Shown: positions 40,955 through 52,185 of the stretch, in pieces | Layout: the number at the start of each line of letters is the position of its first letter | Position numbering within the stretch: position 1 is the first letter of the stretch | DNA from: Takakia lepidozioides | Taxonomy: Eukaryota; Plantae; Bryophyta | Assembly (NCBI GenBank): GCA_030704615.1 | Contig: CM060732.1 | Coordinates: 63,240,001-63,304,000, forward strand | Length of the DNA stretch: 64,000 bases | Direction: 5' to 3' | The notes under the pieces: generated by a model | The model's input: only the letters and a program-made list of their open reading frames with translations | Database searches by the model: none | What the model was told of the DNA's origin: nothing | Translations under genes and position numbers: made by a program

Positions 40955-41683
40955 CACTGCTTTGGAACTTGCAGTATGACCCCAGGTACCGAGGATTGTA
41001 CAGAGGATTGTTAGAAACTCAAGTTTTCACAGTCCTCCAATTATGTAGATTAATCTTTGCTCCCTGCTGCATATGAATTTCCTTTTGGAAGTCTGTCAGT
41101 TTGCAAGATCAGTTAAAGAGAAATCTGGTGTAATTTTTGGCAGATATCCACAACATCTATCACCCAGTCACAAATTCCACTAGTAGTTTACTCTTGCTTG
41201 CTATCAAGCTAACATTGCACTGTCAGATAAACAAGAAACATGAACAAACGTTTAATACACATATCTCTGGATAAAAACTCATTTCATTTATTGCATTAAT
41301 TCAATCTGAATGATCAGAGATGAGGGGTGGTTGCGTGGTTTTCTAACATCATAGCCTTGGTGCCAGGTGACACATTACCTCTGGAAGCAAATTGTATTCC
41401 ATGTGAGATGAAGGAAAAAACAAACAAGGCTCTCAGCTGGTATGGTGGGCCCCTTTCCAAGGTGGACCCTTCCATTCATGACACTAGATACTCATTTTGC
41501 CCTCTATGTCTAGTTTGGCAAGGCCATACCGTCTCCAACATGTGCTTCATGTACCACGAGGTATCTGTCAGGAAAAATGGCAGACACAGCTTTGAAAGGA
41601 TATGTTTACATTAAGATGAACAAGACTACCCGAATTAGAATTCACAAATAAACACTACTAAACGCTAAACGGACCCAGAGAGC

Positions 41684-41792
41684 TATAAACGAGGCCTGGC
41701 TACCACACGATCCACTGCCCCACTGTAGACCATGGGATTGCCGTCACGAAACAGCTGCACCTTCCCCTTCTTCAATACAACCCTTGCCAACC
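41684..41792 (-). pseudogene. Exon fragment of an RlmI-like SAM-dependent rRNA methyltransferase (N-terminal PUA-like part)
   Basis: After an acceptor (cacag): [34 protein letters not shown], then a premature stop. Confidence 0.7.
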
Positions 41793-44639
41793 CTGTGCAC
41801 TGATATAACCGTCATTCAGCACCTTCATAAATCATGCATACATCCTTGCAAACATCCATCGCTTCACCTTCTTGACCAACGAACGGATATCATTCATCTA
41901 AAAAAAGAATATTCTTTTGACAACCGTTTCGATGAAATTGGTAGTCTAATCGAAAGTATCGGTGCTAAAGCGGCTCAAACCCTTTGCGTAGTCCTGCCTT
42001 AGAAGGGCAGGGCCAACAAAAGGAGAAACAGTCATATAAACAAAAAGAATAATGATGATTGAGAGCATCCCTCCTTGAACAGAGTAAGGTTTAATGATGA
42101 TTGGAAGCCATGGGAGTGCCCCAAAACTCACACTGCAACACCACCGTCACCCTGACCACATTATATCCCAAAGTGTGGATCTGATTATTGGAATTGGCAT
42201 GGCCATGGTACTGCAAAGCCTCTGTCCCTAGAGAGACATCTGAGTGAAACTTGATTTGAGTTCCAACCACCACAACATGTAACAGGCAAAGCTACACCTG
42301 GAATGTGATGCAGGTTACATCATACCTGGTGATCCTTCTCCAGCTGCTCATGCTTGCTAAGGAACACAGTTACTCGTGCCTCAAACACCCGGCGTTCGGC
42401 CTCCCAAGTCTGACGCTCCCCTTGCACCTTGTTTTCCATTGACTGTGGCCACCACAACCTTTGATCAAAGCCTGTAACTGTATAACTAGACTACGTAAGT
42501 TGAAGGTGCTCCCAGAGCAAAAGCATATGAAACTATAATAAGTTCTTCCAATATGAGAGGACAATAACGGTGAACTGTGGAAATTCACGTTGTTATGATG
42601 AGTAGTGGAATTTTATTTTTAGTTCTACTTTTTGAGAAACAAACACACATTACTTGCCAATGGGACAGTAGAGAGCCCAAGACTCCCACCCATCTCAGCA
42701 ACAACACCTAACCAATTGCTAAGGGGGATGCATATGTCAAGTTGTGGTATTTGAAGCAGTAAGCCATCTACTGACAATTGCTACTGCTTACTCATGCTGG
42801 CATTGAAGCTAGTTAGAAATAAATCCTACATCCCACTAATCAAACATGCATCTGTCTCTTGGCAAAGGCTACTGGCAGTCAGTTGGGACTTCAAGGGATA
42901 ATATTGCTCTGCTGCAACTAAAAAATCCTTTGCAACACTGCATATTGGAGCTCCAAATCTTTGACTCAGCCAAGTTACATCCACTTGCGAACCAGCAGCA
43001 CATCTGTTGGCTCCCCCATGAGGGAGTGTGACAAATCTGTCTGAGCCCACCCTTCTGGCAGCCACTGTAGCAAATCCAAGACCTTGGTTGCTTACCCACA
43101 ATGTGGCAAGTTCATGTTGAATGCTCAGCCACTTCCAGAAATTCTATAGCAGGAGGTGGTGATGTTGTTTCTGCAGTTCATAGCAGTTGAACTTCATGAT
43201 AATAAGTCTTAAATGTTTTTGGTATGGTATACCTGCTTTTCGTTGTCCCAGGCAGTGATGTCCCAGGCAGTGATCATTTCACGAAGCTTGCGCTTGAGGT
43301 TGCGGTTACTCTGCTTGTAATACACATTGTCTTTATCCAGAGCCTCAATCTTTTGGTTCATATCTGGGGGTACCTTCTCCTCAACTTCTTCCTTGAGCAC
43401 CCTTGCTTCATAGTCTTGAAGTTGAAAGTCGGCAAGTGTTTTGGTTATCATGTTATCTGACCTGTAAGGATCCAGTTGGCCAGGCTTTGGATATGCTATG
43501 GTCTTAGTCCTTCCTGGCCAGTGGTACAAGTAGAGATTGGAAAGGACTACAGACCTAATGGCCTATATTTGGAGTGTAGCAAAGTTCAAATATTCTGTTG
43601 CTTCCATGGGATTAGGATTTCTTGACATCCTAATAAATGTTCAGACATTGGGGACATCTCAAATGGTTCAGTAGAAAATGGTTCGAAGAATTTTGTGAAC
43701 TTTCTTTGCAACTGGTTTAAAAAATAAGCAGGAAAGGTCACTAAATAGCCTGAAGAACAAAACCAATATGGCCAAATATGTGATGATCACCCCAAAGAAG
43801 TTGCAATGCCTGCACCCACATTATTGCGCATTAATTAGTGGTAAACTTCACTCAAGTATCCAGCTCAACCTTCCGTCTGTGTGTATGGGTAAGCCTGTGT
43901 GTATGGGTAAGCGGAGCCATCCAGAGAGAAATTCAAGACAAACACTTGGTTTGTTGTTGGGTCGCTACTATAGACGGCACATCTGGAGTAGAAAATGTGG
44001 ATTGTGTCTGTCAACAGGTTGACAGAATTGCAAACACAGCATGCAAAGAATGTTCAGTACTTGTTGAAGCAGGTTGAGACTGTGTCCACAGCTCCAGTTC
44101 TTGAGAGGTCAGTTCTGCCTGCAGGCCCTATATATGTAATAGATTGATTTCTTTTCATGTTGCCCTTTTCTGCTGACAGTGTAACCCAGCAATGCAACCC
44201 AGCCACTTCTTTCGCACCTGTATGATGGCAGGGGCTGCAGTAGGTTTGTTGGACTAAATGTAGTGCTTTCTAGGATGCTGTCCCTGCAACCTCTTAAAAC
44301 AATTCTGTGAAATCAGCTATGCGTGAGCGCTTTGGCCAGTTTCATGCAGGCTTTCATACCCTGGTGGGCTAAGACCGAGTGTCCAGCTCCAAGAGACTTA
44401 TTAGTATCCCGTGGGGATTATTCCCTCAAGGATATGTCATAGCCACCCGGAATGTTCACTCAGTACACTCCATCTTACATATACTTCGCAAGGTAAGTCC
44501 ACTACTGGAGCCATCAGCCTCCAGCATCGGCAATATCCCAGATGCTCCCGTCTTGGATCGGCCCTCCTTCCTGTCCAGTGTGCCCGCCCAACTTCGCATC
44601 CAGGCAGGACCGCTAATGGAGGCAAGGAGACTACCTAAG

Positions 44640-45062
44640 TGAACTGACATCAATTGTCCTTCCCTACTCTCCACCCAGAAAGCTCCTCACTCCGTTCCTT
44701 CCTCTTATCCTTCTTTAATCCCAGTGGCTATGCCTCCTCTCTAGTCCACAAGTTCCTCTCTCTCAATCCCTCGAACAATAGTTCTTATGTTCTTATCTTT
44801 GACTCTGGTTTCCTGTTTTCTCTCATGTTTTTCTTTGCATTTTGTCCGATAAGCTCTATGAGCTTTCCGCGGACGTTATAAAGCACCATTTCATTCATTT
44901 CATTTCTCAATCCCTCGAGCAGTACTTTGTTTTGGCTCTGGTTTTGTTTCCTCTCTCATGTTTTTTTCCATTTTGTCCCATAAGCTCTTTGAGCTTTCCG
45001 CGGACGTTATAAAGTACCACTTCATTTCATTTCATTACACATTTCTTATTTCGTTTCATTTC
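44640..45062 (+). mobile_element. Two tandem RTE-like LINE/SINE 3' tails
   Basis: 44761-44904 is duplicated at 44905-45030. Each copy ends gagctttccgcggacgttataaag..cc(a)tttcatt(n). Confidence 0.7.
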
Positions 45063-45209
45063 TCATCTGCTGTCCCAGGCCCTCATGGCCCCTGTGATGC
45101 TATAAAGTTCCTTTCTTTCGCAATGGACTCTCTGTTGCTTCCCTCACGCCACAAACTATGGAGGGGTGGAAATTCCATCTAATAGGATCGCAATAGATGC
45201 ATCAGAAGA

Positions 45210-45753
45210 GAACTAATGGAATTCACATCAGGTGGCAATGAAAACCAGCCACTCTAACAGCAAAACTGCAGTTCGGGAGACATTATTGGTTCTCCGTGAC
45301 AGTAGAATCTTGTGGCCCAATTACCTGTCTGCAGCTCCATCTCCCTCTCTTCTGAGGGCATTGGGGAGGTTCAGGGTGGGCTCCCACGGTCTGCAGATAG
45401 AGAGTGGCAGGTGGAAAAGCCTGCAAGGTGAGGACCGCCTATGCCCCACTTGCGCTAGGAACAACAGGGAAATCAAAAGTGAAGAACATTTCTTCTTTTA
45501 CTGCCCTCCCTATTATGAGATCCACGGGAGATTCAACTGTCTATTCTGGGAGACCAATCTCTCATGGAGGTCTTCCATTACGAGCATCATAAATGCTTTG
45601 GCAGCTTGCCTGCATGCAGCATTGACTCTTAGACAATCCCTAGAGCAATAGTTGGGGTACTTGTGGCCCCTCCCTTTCTTGTTTTCTTGCTTCCTCTTGT
45701 CCCATAAGCTCTCTGAGCTTCCTCGGACATTATAAAGTACACCATTTCATTTC
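45210..45753 (+). mobile_element. RTE/RTE-X-like LINE 3' fragment
   Basis: RFRVGSHGLQIESGRW...RLCPTC...SEEHFFFYCPPY is the ORF2 C-terminal CCHC motif, followed by a 3' UTR and (CATTT)n tail. Confidence 0.82.
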
Positions 45754-46599
45754 CTGTCTCCCTCATAAATTGCTATCTTACAATAAACTGTGTCAAACAA
45801 AACCATAGATATACCTGCGATCAAACTCCAATTTTTTCATTCGGGAGTTACACTCCACTTCATCAAGTGCTTGCGCTTTCTCCTTGAGATGCAACTCCAA
45901 GTTGGCCACTTTCTTGGCATCTTGCCGCTGCTCTTCCTTCACTTCCACAAACTTATATTTTCGCAGTATCACCTTTGCCTCCTGTGGGGCAACCATCTCT
46001 AGCTGTGTACTCATGCCCTCCCTGCATCCACACTAGTCCAAGATCAGTAAGGAGGGAGAGAAGAGTGTTGTAGTCATTGACATGCATTGACCAGCTAGGT
46101 TCTAGGTTTGAATTGCATGTGTGGTTCACTAAGTCATAATGTGCCATAGTCCAATGACAATTCAGTCACACTGTCATACTTTTCGAAGACTAAAGGTCGC
46201 CTTGCAAGCGGTCGTGGGTTCGAAGCATATATAAAAGGGGGTCACTCGGTCAAGCGGTCGCCTAATGTGTGGGTGCCTGTGGGGTTTTAAATCCTTGCGG
46301 GAGGTTCGTTAGCCGTCGGAAGTGTCCACCTTTCTGAAGACTTCAGTTTCACTTCTCATAAAATCCATGGGTTTATTCTGGCTGTTGCACTGAGTACGAG
46401 ATTGATTCCAGCACTGCTCCTCTTGCAACAGATGTGCAGTCATCCTGACATGTGGAAAGGCCACACTCAAGAGGAAGAAAGGAAACTTTACAGTGTCCAT
46501 TCAAAAGCGTATGCAACAGAGGTAAAGAAAATAGTGGGGCCCCCACCAACCAGGCATCACAACTAGAAAACTACAGTTTAACTTCGAGTGGTTCCTAAT

Positions 46600-46800
46600 G
46601 TGGAGAAATGAAATGAAATGAAATGGAGAAAGAAAGAAAACAAGTTCATGACATTCGAGAGCCATTGGGACGAAGTGAACAACAGGAAGACCACATAAAA
46701 GACTCCCAACATCCCGTGCCTCAAAGAAATATAGAAATTTACAACGCCTACAGGATGCCTGGAGGCTCTATGTGACATATGGAAAGGGAGAATTGTGGTT
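46600..46800 (-). mobile_element. LINE-like 3' tail with (CATTT)n in a kinesin intron
   Basis: (GAAAT)4 on the + strand at about 46605-46625, preceded on the minus strand by a gtcccaatggctctcga motif resembling the other tails. Confidence 0.4.
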
Positions 46801-47164
46801 GGATCGAGTAATCTGAGGACATACTTGGTGCTAACACCTTCTTGGATTTCACGCTCGTGTTCAGCTATGGACAGGGTCATGTACTCTGCCTGTGCATCTA
46901 GAGCCTCAATCCGCTCATCCAAATCTCCAAATAGAGACTCCTCTCCCTGTGTTAGCAACTTGTGTGGTTTTTAACGGCATTCGAAGGCTATACAAGCTTG
47001 CTTCTCATGTTCACATTGTTCCCTCATTGCCAAGACCTGTCCACAGAATGTAACCACATCAGAATCAGTACTTACAGATCTGACCAGGAGCTAAAGATAA
47101 GAAACAGCAAGAGCAATGCCTCAGCTAAAAACCTCCTATACTCACTTAGTCCCCCAGTCAGGTT

Positions 47165-47326
47165 TCCGCAAAAAGCTCCATCACCATTCTGCCTTCTGCT
47201 TTCCCTCCAATTTTGATGTCAAAGAAGACGATAGGGTTCGGCAGAGCAGGCTTTAGCGGTGGTGACTTCCCACCTTCAGCGTCTCCCTTTTTCACTTCTC
47301 CTTTTTTCACTTCTTGTTTTTTCTTC
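47165..47326 (-). pseudogene. Near-identical inverted copy of the cyclophilin 5' coding segment (2950-3111)
   Basis: 162 bp with 2 mismatches by manual alignment. Confidence 0.95.
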
Positions 47327-47778
47327 TGGTTCCATCTTATTGGTTGATATTTATTAACTCAAGTACAACTTTGGTTAAGTCTTGGTTGATAATTTTAAAC
47401 AAAAGTAGAACCATGCGTAAGCCTTTATGACTGGTGGATCAGAATTAGGTAAAAATAAAACTTCTTAGTGGCTAAATAAATTCCTATTTTTGTATTTTTG
47501 GTTACTTTTGGAATAAGTGATAACTTATCTTAGAATATACCAAATAGATTGCTACTTTAAAAATATATATACTAACATTCTCTTACACAAAAGATCAATT
47601 AACACTCTATTTAGACTTGTTATTTAATTTTGCAAAGGATTGTGTTCGTATCATATCTTACACTGGTATTTGTTCTCATAGGTTGATACACACACACATA
47701 GACACGCAAAGACATCCTTAGATTTTGAATACAAGATGAATAGCAGTACCTTGGAGCAACTGAACAATTTGAGCCTCC

Positions 47779-48813
47779 ATGATCGTGTTGAATCAGATTC
47801 AGAAGGTGACAATGAGACAATTGATGACAATCATGTTAGGTTTCTTAGATTCCATTGAAGATACAGAAAAGAAGCTTGCAGAGGGGCACCTTCTTACGAG
47901 CAAGGTTGGTGGGCATCCCAATTGGTTGGTTCCATCGAACAATGTGAATAATTCCACATGGTCATGTCCAAGTTTTGTTTGTGAGATTTGTCATGGTGCA
48001 CTTCAGTTGCTTATGCAAGTATCTGATGATGTGCAACAAGAACTTGCATCTCATGTGTATTGCACTCTACTTATGTTCATATGTTCAAACATGAGATGCT
48101 TACAACAAGACCAACATGAGCAGAGCAAGCAGTTGGAAGAAAAACCTTGTCGGAGCATAAGAGTGGTTCGGAATCAATTGTTGGATCCAACAAACTCTTC
48201 ATCTAGTGGTGTTGTGCACAAAGGCATCCCAAGCGGCTTCAAGTCAGTAACAGAGAAGAAATCGTGGCCAGAAATGGAGCTTTTCTTCGAGTGTGACTAG
48301 GTAGAAAATGAAGTTGTCAACAAAGAGTCTGATTTGAATTCAACAAGAGATAGGGTGCAAGAGCTTCTAGTAGATTATGTCCAAAAAGAAGATGAGGAGT
48401 TCACAGCCACCGACATGGAGGAAGTCCAAGAATCGTCTTTAGATGAAGAGATGTAGACAGATTTTGAGATGACAATTGCAAGCGCACCTGAACAAGTATT
48501 GAAGATCTCAAGCTCACCAGAGGCTAAGCCCTTGTGGGTTTCGTCAAAGGGACAACCAAAGGACGCTCACATTCCTCCATGCCCTCATTGTGGCAAGCGC
48601 CGTGTGTTTGGGCTTCAGATCATGCCCCAACTGTTTAGCTTTTTGGAACTTGACGATGGGCCAGATTCTCTAGATTGGGGGACAATTGTGGTGTATTCGT
48701 GTGGGGACTCTTGTGCGGTTGGTGTCAGTACTACAGGCTATGCAGAGGAGTTTGCTTGGGTGCAGTTACATCCTTATTCTTTTTTACCTCCTAGTCTTGA
48801 GTCGTTCTCATAA
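47779..48813 (+). pseudogene. PDCD2: PDCD2 (programmed cell death protein 2) intronless pseudogene lacking the MYND finger
   Basis: SKVGGHPNWL..CEICHGALQLLMQV..TLLMFICSNMRCLQQDQHEQ; WPEMEL; APEQVL..KPLW..IPPCPHCG.RRVFGLQIMPQL..SLDWGTIVVYSC..YAEEFAWVQ. One frame with TAG at 48298 and 48454. Confidence 0.88.
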
Positions 48814-49221
48814 CACTCTGTTCAAATACAAAAAGCCTCTGTTCGAGCTAACTTTTGACATAAACAGTATGGAATCATAGCCAGTGCTGAAAGCAAAAGC
48901 CAAATACGTCAAGAATAGGTTAGCCACGCTACTGGCCTATGTGTGCAATGATGTTTATATTCACAATTTGTCTGACGACTGCCTTTGACAACAAAATTTT
49001 ATATCTGAGTCTGTCACACCAGTATCTAGACAAATAGATAAATCTAATGGCGGTTCAACTCAAGCCTGGAGTGGCACTGTTATGGTTTCTGTTGAGTGTT
49101 CATAGAGTTCAGTTGGTATGGCTTGGTCTGTAACAATTTATTGACTTACTTCTTGGTTGAAATTGTCTGTAGTTTTTAGTGCTTGTTTGCAAAACTGTGA
49201 ATCTTTTCCTTTCTTATTAGT

Positions 49222-50151
49222 TGAACTTTCATTCCAAAATACCCTTTACCACCAAACGATGGAAGTAGGGCATGATGTATGTTCAAGATTGCACGAGGGT
49301 ATGCGTGAACCAGTTCAGAAGGTAGCAGTCTCAAATAGCCGGCCAGTAGAATGTAGTCCACACCAGTGTTGTACTGGTATATAGGGTATTCCTTGGTATG
49401 TGCACAGGTACATGCGATGGTATCAAGGACCCTACTAGCCTAATATCATCCAAGAGAAATACCTCGGCTATGCACAAGTTGCCCCCAATAGGTCCCAAAT
49501 TAATACTCTAGCTTCTACCATACCAATATGGTATTCATTAATGTCATACCCTTGTAGATACCAGTACTCCCCCCTCGGTGTGGCGAAGTCCCTCGAGTAT
49601 TTGATGTACTATAGCATAGGTGGGGGGCACTTCTTCAAAGTCGAGTGTAGTGGCTGTAAATTTACTTCAGAGGCTGATTTGGTCGAGGATCATGAAGATG
49701 AATTGCAAGAGGTTGGATATTTTGATGACTTTGAAGATTAGAATTCTTAGCCTGCTACTAATGGGATCGATTCCATCTAAAATTGAATCAAATTCTGCAA
49801 CCACTCAATTGTTGTAGAGGCACAGTTGTATTTATGGTGACTTCAAGAAATACTTCTTTGATTTAAAATATCTCTTCAGGAATTTTGGTACAACAAATTT
49901 GCTCTATTATTTAAGGTCTGCAATGATCTTATCTAATACAGACCCGGATATATGTATCACTGGCTTAACTACTCTATATTTATACCAGATCAGACAAAAC
50001 TTCTATTTATTTATACCAGTCCAGTATCTAATTTTTTAAATTAATGTAATATCAGGACCTGCCATATCTCAAATTTAGTCCATAATTCAATACCAGTACT
50101 AGTCCGGTATGTATATAAGTATTGGTACAACACTGGTCCACACCTACAAGC
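49222..50151 (-). pseudogene. PUR3: Phosphoribosylglycinamide formyltransferase exon fragment, interrupted by a hAT
   Basis: (R)LVG^VDYILLAGYLRLLPSELVHAYPRAILNIHHALLPSFGGKGYFGMKV is GAR transformylase. The acceptor tgtag lies beyond the insertion. Confidence 0.82.
49364..50135. mobile_element. Non-autonomous hAT element, 772 bp
   Basis: 11-bp TIR CAGTGTTGTAC. 8-bp TSD GTCCACAC at 49356-49363 and 50136-50143. ATACCAG/CCGGTA subterminal repeats. Confidence 0.92.
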
Positions 50152-50406
50152 CTACATTCCAGAGTATTTTAGTACTATTTCTAGTACAAAAACTATGACA
50201 CAATGCTTTAACTGCTCGGGGATAAGCACATACATGCTTGACAAATAAGCTAGCATAAGACTACAATCTTAATGAGATTATTTGCCCCACAATATGAAGA
50301 CTTGGCAAACCCACGATGATTAGGTGTTATGCCTTGATGCAGACAACTCCCAACAATAACAACATCAAACATCATACAGAACCCTAAAAGACGATCGAGC
50401 TTATCA

Positions 50407-50677
50407 CCATAAGATTCAATGTGGTATCTATTTTGAAGGATTTATAATCTCTTTCATTTGAGATGCAGTGGACTACAAAAGGTTTGATAAATAAGGGCAT
50501 GTAGAATGCGATAGGCAACCCTTTCCTTTTGCAACAGGCGTTCAAAGACAAAAACATTTCCTCGGATTGAAATCTGCTCCACAATCGACATTGGGAGCCA
50601 TGGTTCAAACCGATCCAGGCAGGTGGCAGGAGAGTTCTCCCCAATCCAAAAAAATTAAGAATTCTATAGACACACAT
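50407..50677 (+). repeat. Short interspersed repeat, copy 2
   Basis: Homologous to 38598-38800, with an extra internal segment. Confidence 0.8.
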
Positions 50678-51902
50678 AAAGTATTAGATACACTGAAACT
50701 TTTATACAATCCGCTTTTGCTTCAACTATGTGTTTTTGAGCTAAAGTGCATTTGTAGTTAGTTACAAAATTTGCACACCATTCTTTGGTGGTCAAGTATA
50801 ACATGTCTCACGAGGAATGCACCATCCAAAGTGATTTATCCCTCAATGACTTCAGCACCCTCTAAGTGTCGGGGTCTTCTCTCTGGCCTAGACAAGGTGG
50901 GTTGAGAGTCATTTCCACTAGCACCTGAGCTGGTGGAGCTCTCAGGGGACTCGGGCTCCTTTTCTTTTGCTAATGCTTCCTGCTTTGCCTTTTCCTGATT
51001 TGCTTGCTGTCGAAGTGCTTCCAACCTGCTTACCATGCCACAGAAAAATTGAGAAGAATCTTCCATACATGAATTTTCTTGGCTAGGGATTCAACTTCTA
51101 GTTCTGTTTTAAAACTGTAGATCGTAAACATCAAACCATCCCCATAGAAGAATATCATACTAATGTATGATTAAAATCTTATGGTGAAGATGTCTCAAAT
51201 ATTGTAGTGCCAAGGTTTCTCCAGTGAAAAAGGGTTAAGAAGTTGAACATCTAGAATCGAGTTCTTACCAACTTACTTTTTCTTATTTTTTGGAAGTCTC
51301 AACCCTCACCAATGTTAAACATGGGAAATCACCCCATTTGTAAAGGATAATTGTACCCATCAGAAATATGACGATTCTAGACAAAAAAAAAACTATGCCA
51401 GAAGTTGGCCATGTTTGAGAAACCCTTTCTAGGCTTATTCAAAAATAATAACTCAGACAAACCTTGGTTTCACAAACAAAAAGCTAATAAAGTCAAGTTC
51501 ATTTTGAAAGTAGCTGGCATGAGCCTTTTTCAATGTTATGGTCCCCATTCTATCCTCCTGTAACCCTCATTTCTACTCAGGTGTGGGACTTTAACAAAAG
51601 GCTTATCAGCAGTACTCTACGGATGAACAATGAACGAATGAGAACGGATGAGGTAGTGACTCATCAGAGCGGTATGGCGGCCATGGCAGTGATGGATGGA
51701 TCAAGGTTGCAGTGGGGTTGCGATGGCGGGGCTGAGCAGCATCAGATATCAATATTGGGGCGGACGTGATGCAAAACGTCGAATGCATCTCTGGTTTTGC
51801 TCAGTTTTCTCAGCGGCGACTTGTGGTTGTGGCGAGCCGCAATATGGAAGAACCAGGTCAGGCCAAAACGGGTTGCTCTCTGAAGCAATTCAAAAAAGAT
51901 TT

Positions 51903-52116
51903 TGTTAAGATATGAAGTGTTAGTACTATCCTAGATATTAGGAGTACCATTAGTCATTAGTCATGACCATTAATATCATAAATATGAAGAGTTACATTAC
52001 GCACTATATGAAGACCTTTTTATAAACAGGAAGACATATAGAGCTTTTATCTAGATTTGTTTCAATGTCTTCTCCTCTTGTCTTCTTGTCTTTAATGCTT
52101 GAGTACAATTTTATCA
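51903..52116 (+). repeat. Copia 5' LTR (214 bp)
   Basis: TGTTAA...TTATCA, matching the split 3' LTR. Confidence 0.95.
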
Positions 52117-52185
52117 TGGTATCAGAGCTATCTTCCTGAGTCCTATAATATAACTCTTGGATACCAACGTTTTCAAGAAAGCATA

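Larger units (their letters stand above)
43209..47038 (-). pseudogene. Kinesin-4 (KIF7/KIF27-like) C-terminal coiled-coil exons; no motor domain in the window
   Basis: LLTQGEESLFGDLDERIEALDAQAEY (46838-47038); QEAKVILRKY..LELHLKEK..LEFDRR (45815-46021); RLTELQTQHAKNVQYLLKQ (44018-44107, + strand); KIEALDKDNVYYKQSNRNLKRKLRE (43232-43462). This is the order of the equivalent KIF7/27 tail motifs. In-frame stop in the first exon. Confidence 0.7.

Noticed and set aside
2950-47326. 44-kb inversion with staggered-break duplication of the cyclophilin segment
   Set aside because: The model predicts the kinesin 5' part upstream of 2950, and none is visible there.
51581-51620. VWDFNKRLISSTL as a WD40 exon fragment
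   Set aside because: Too short to assign.
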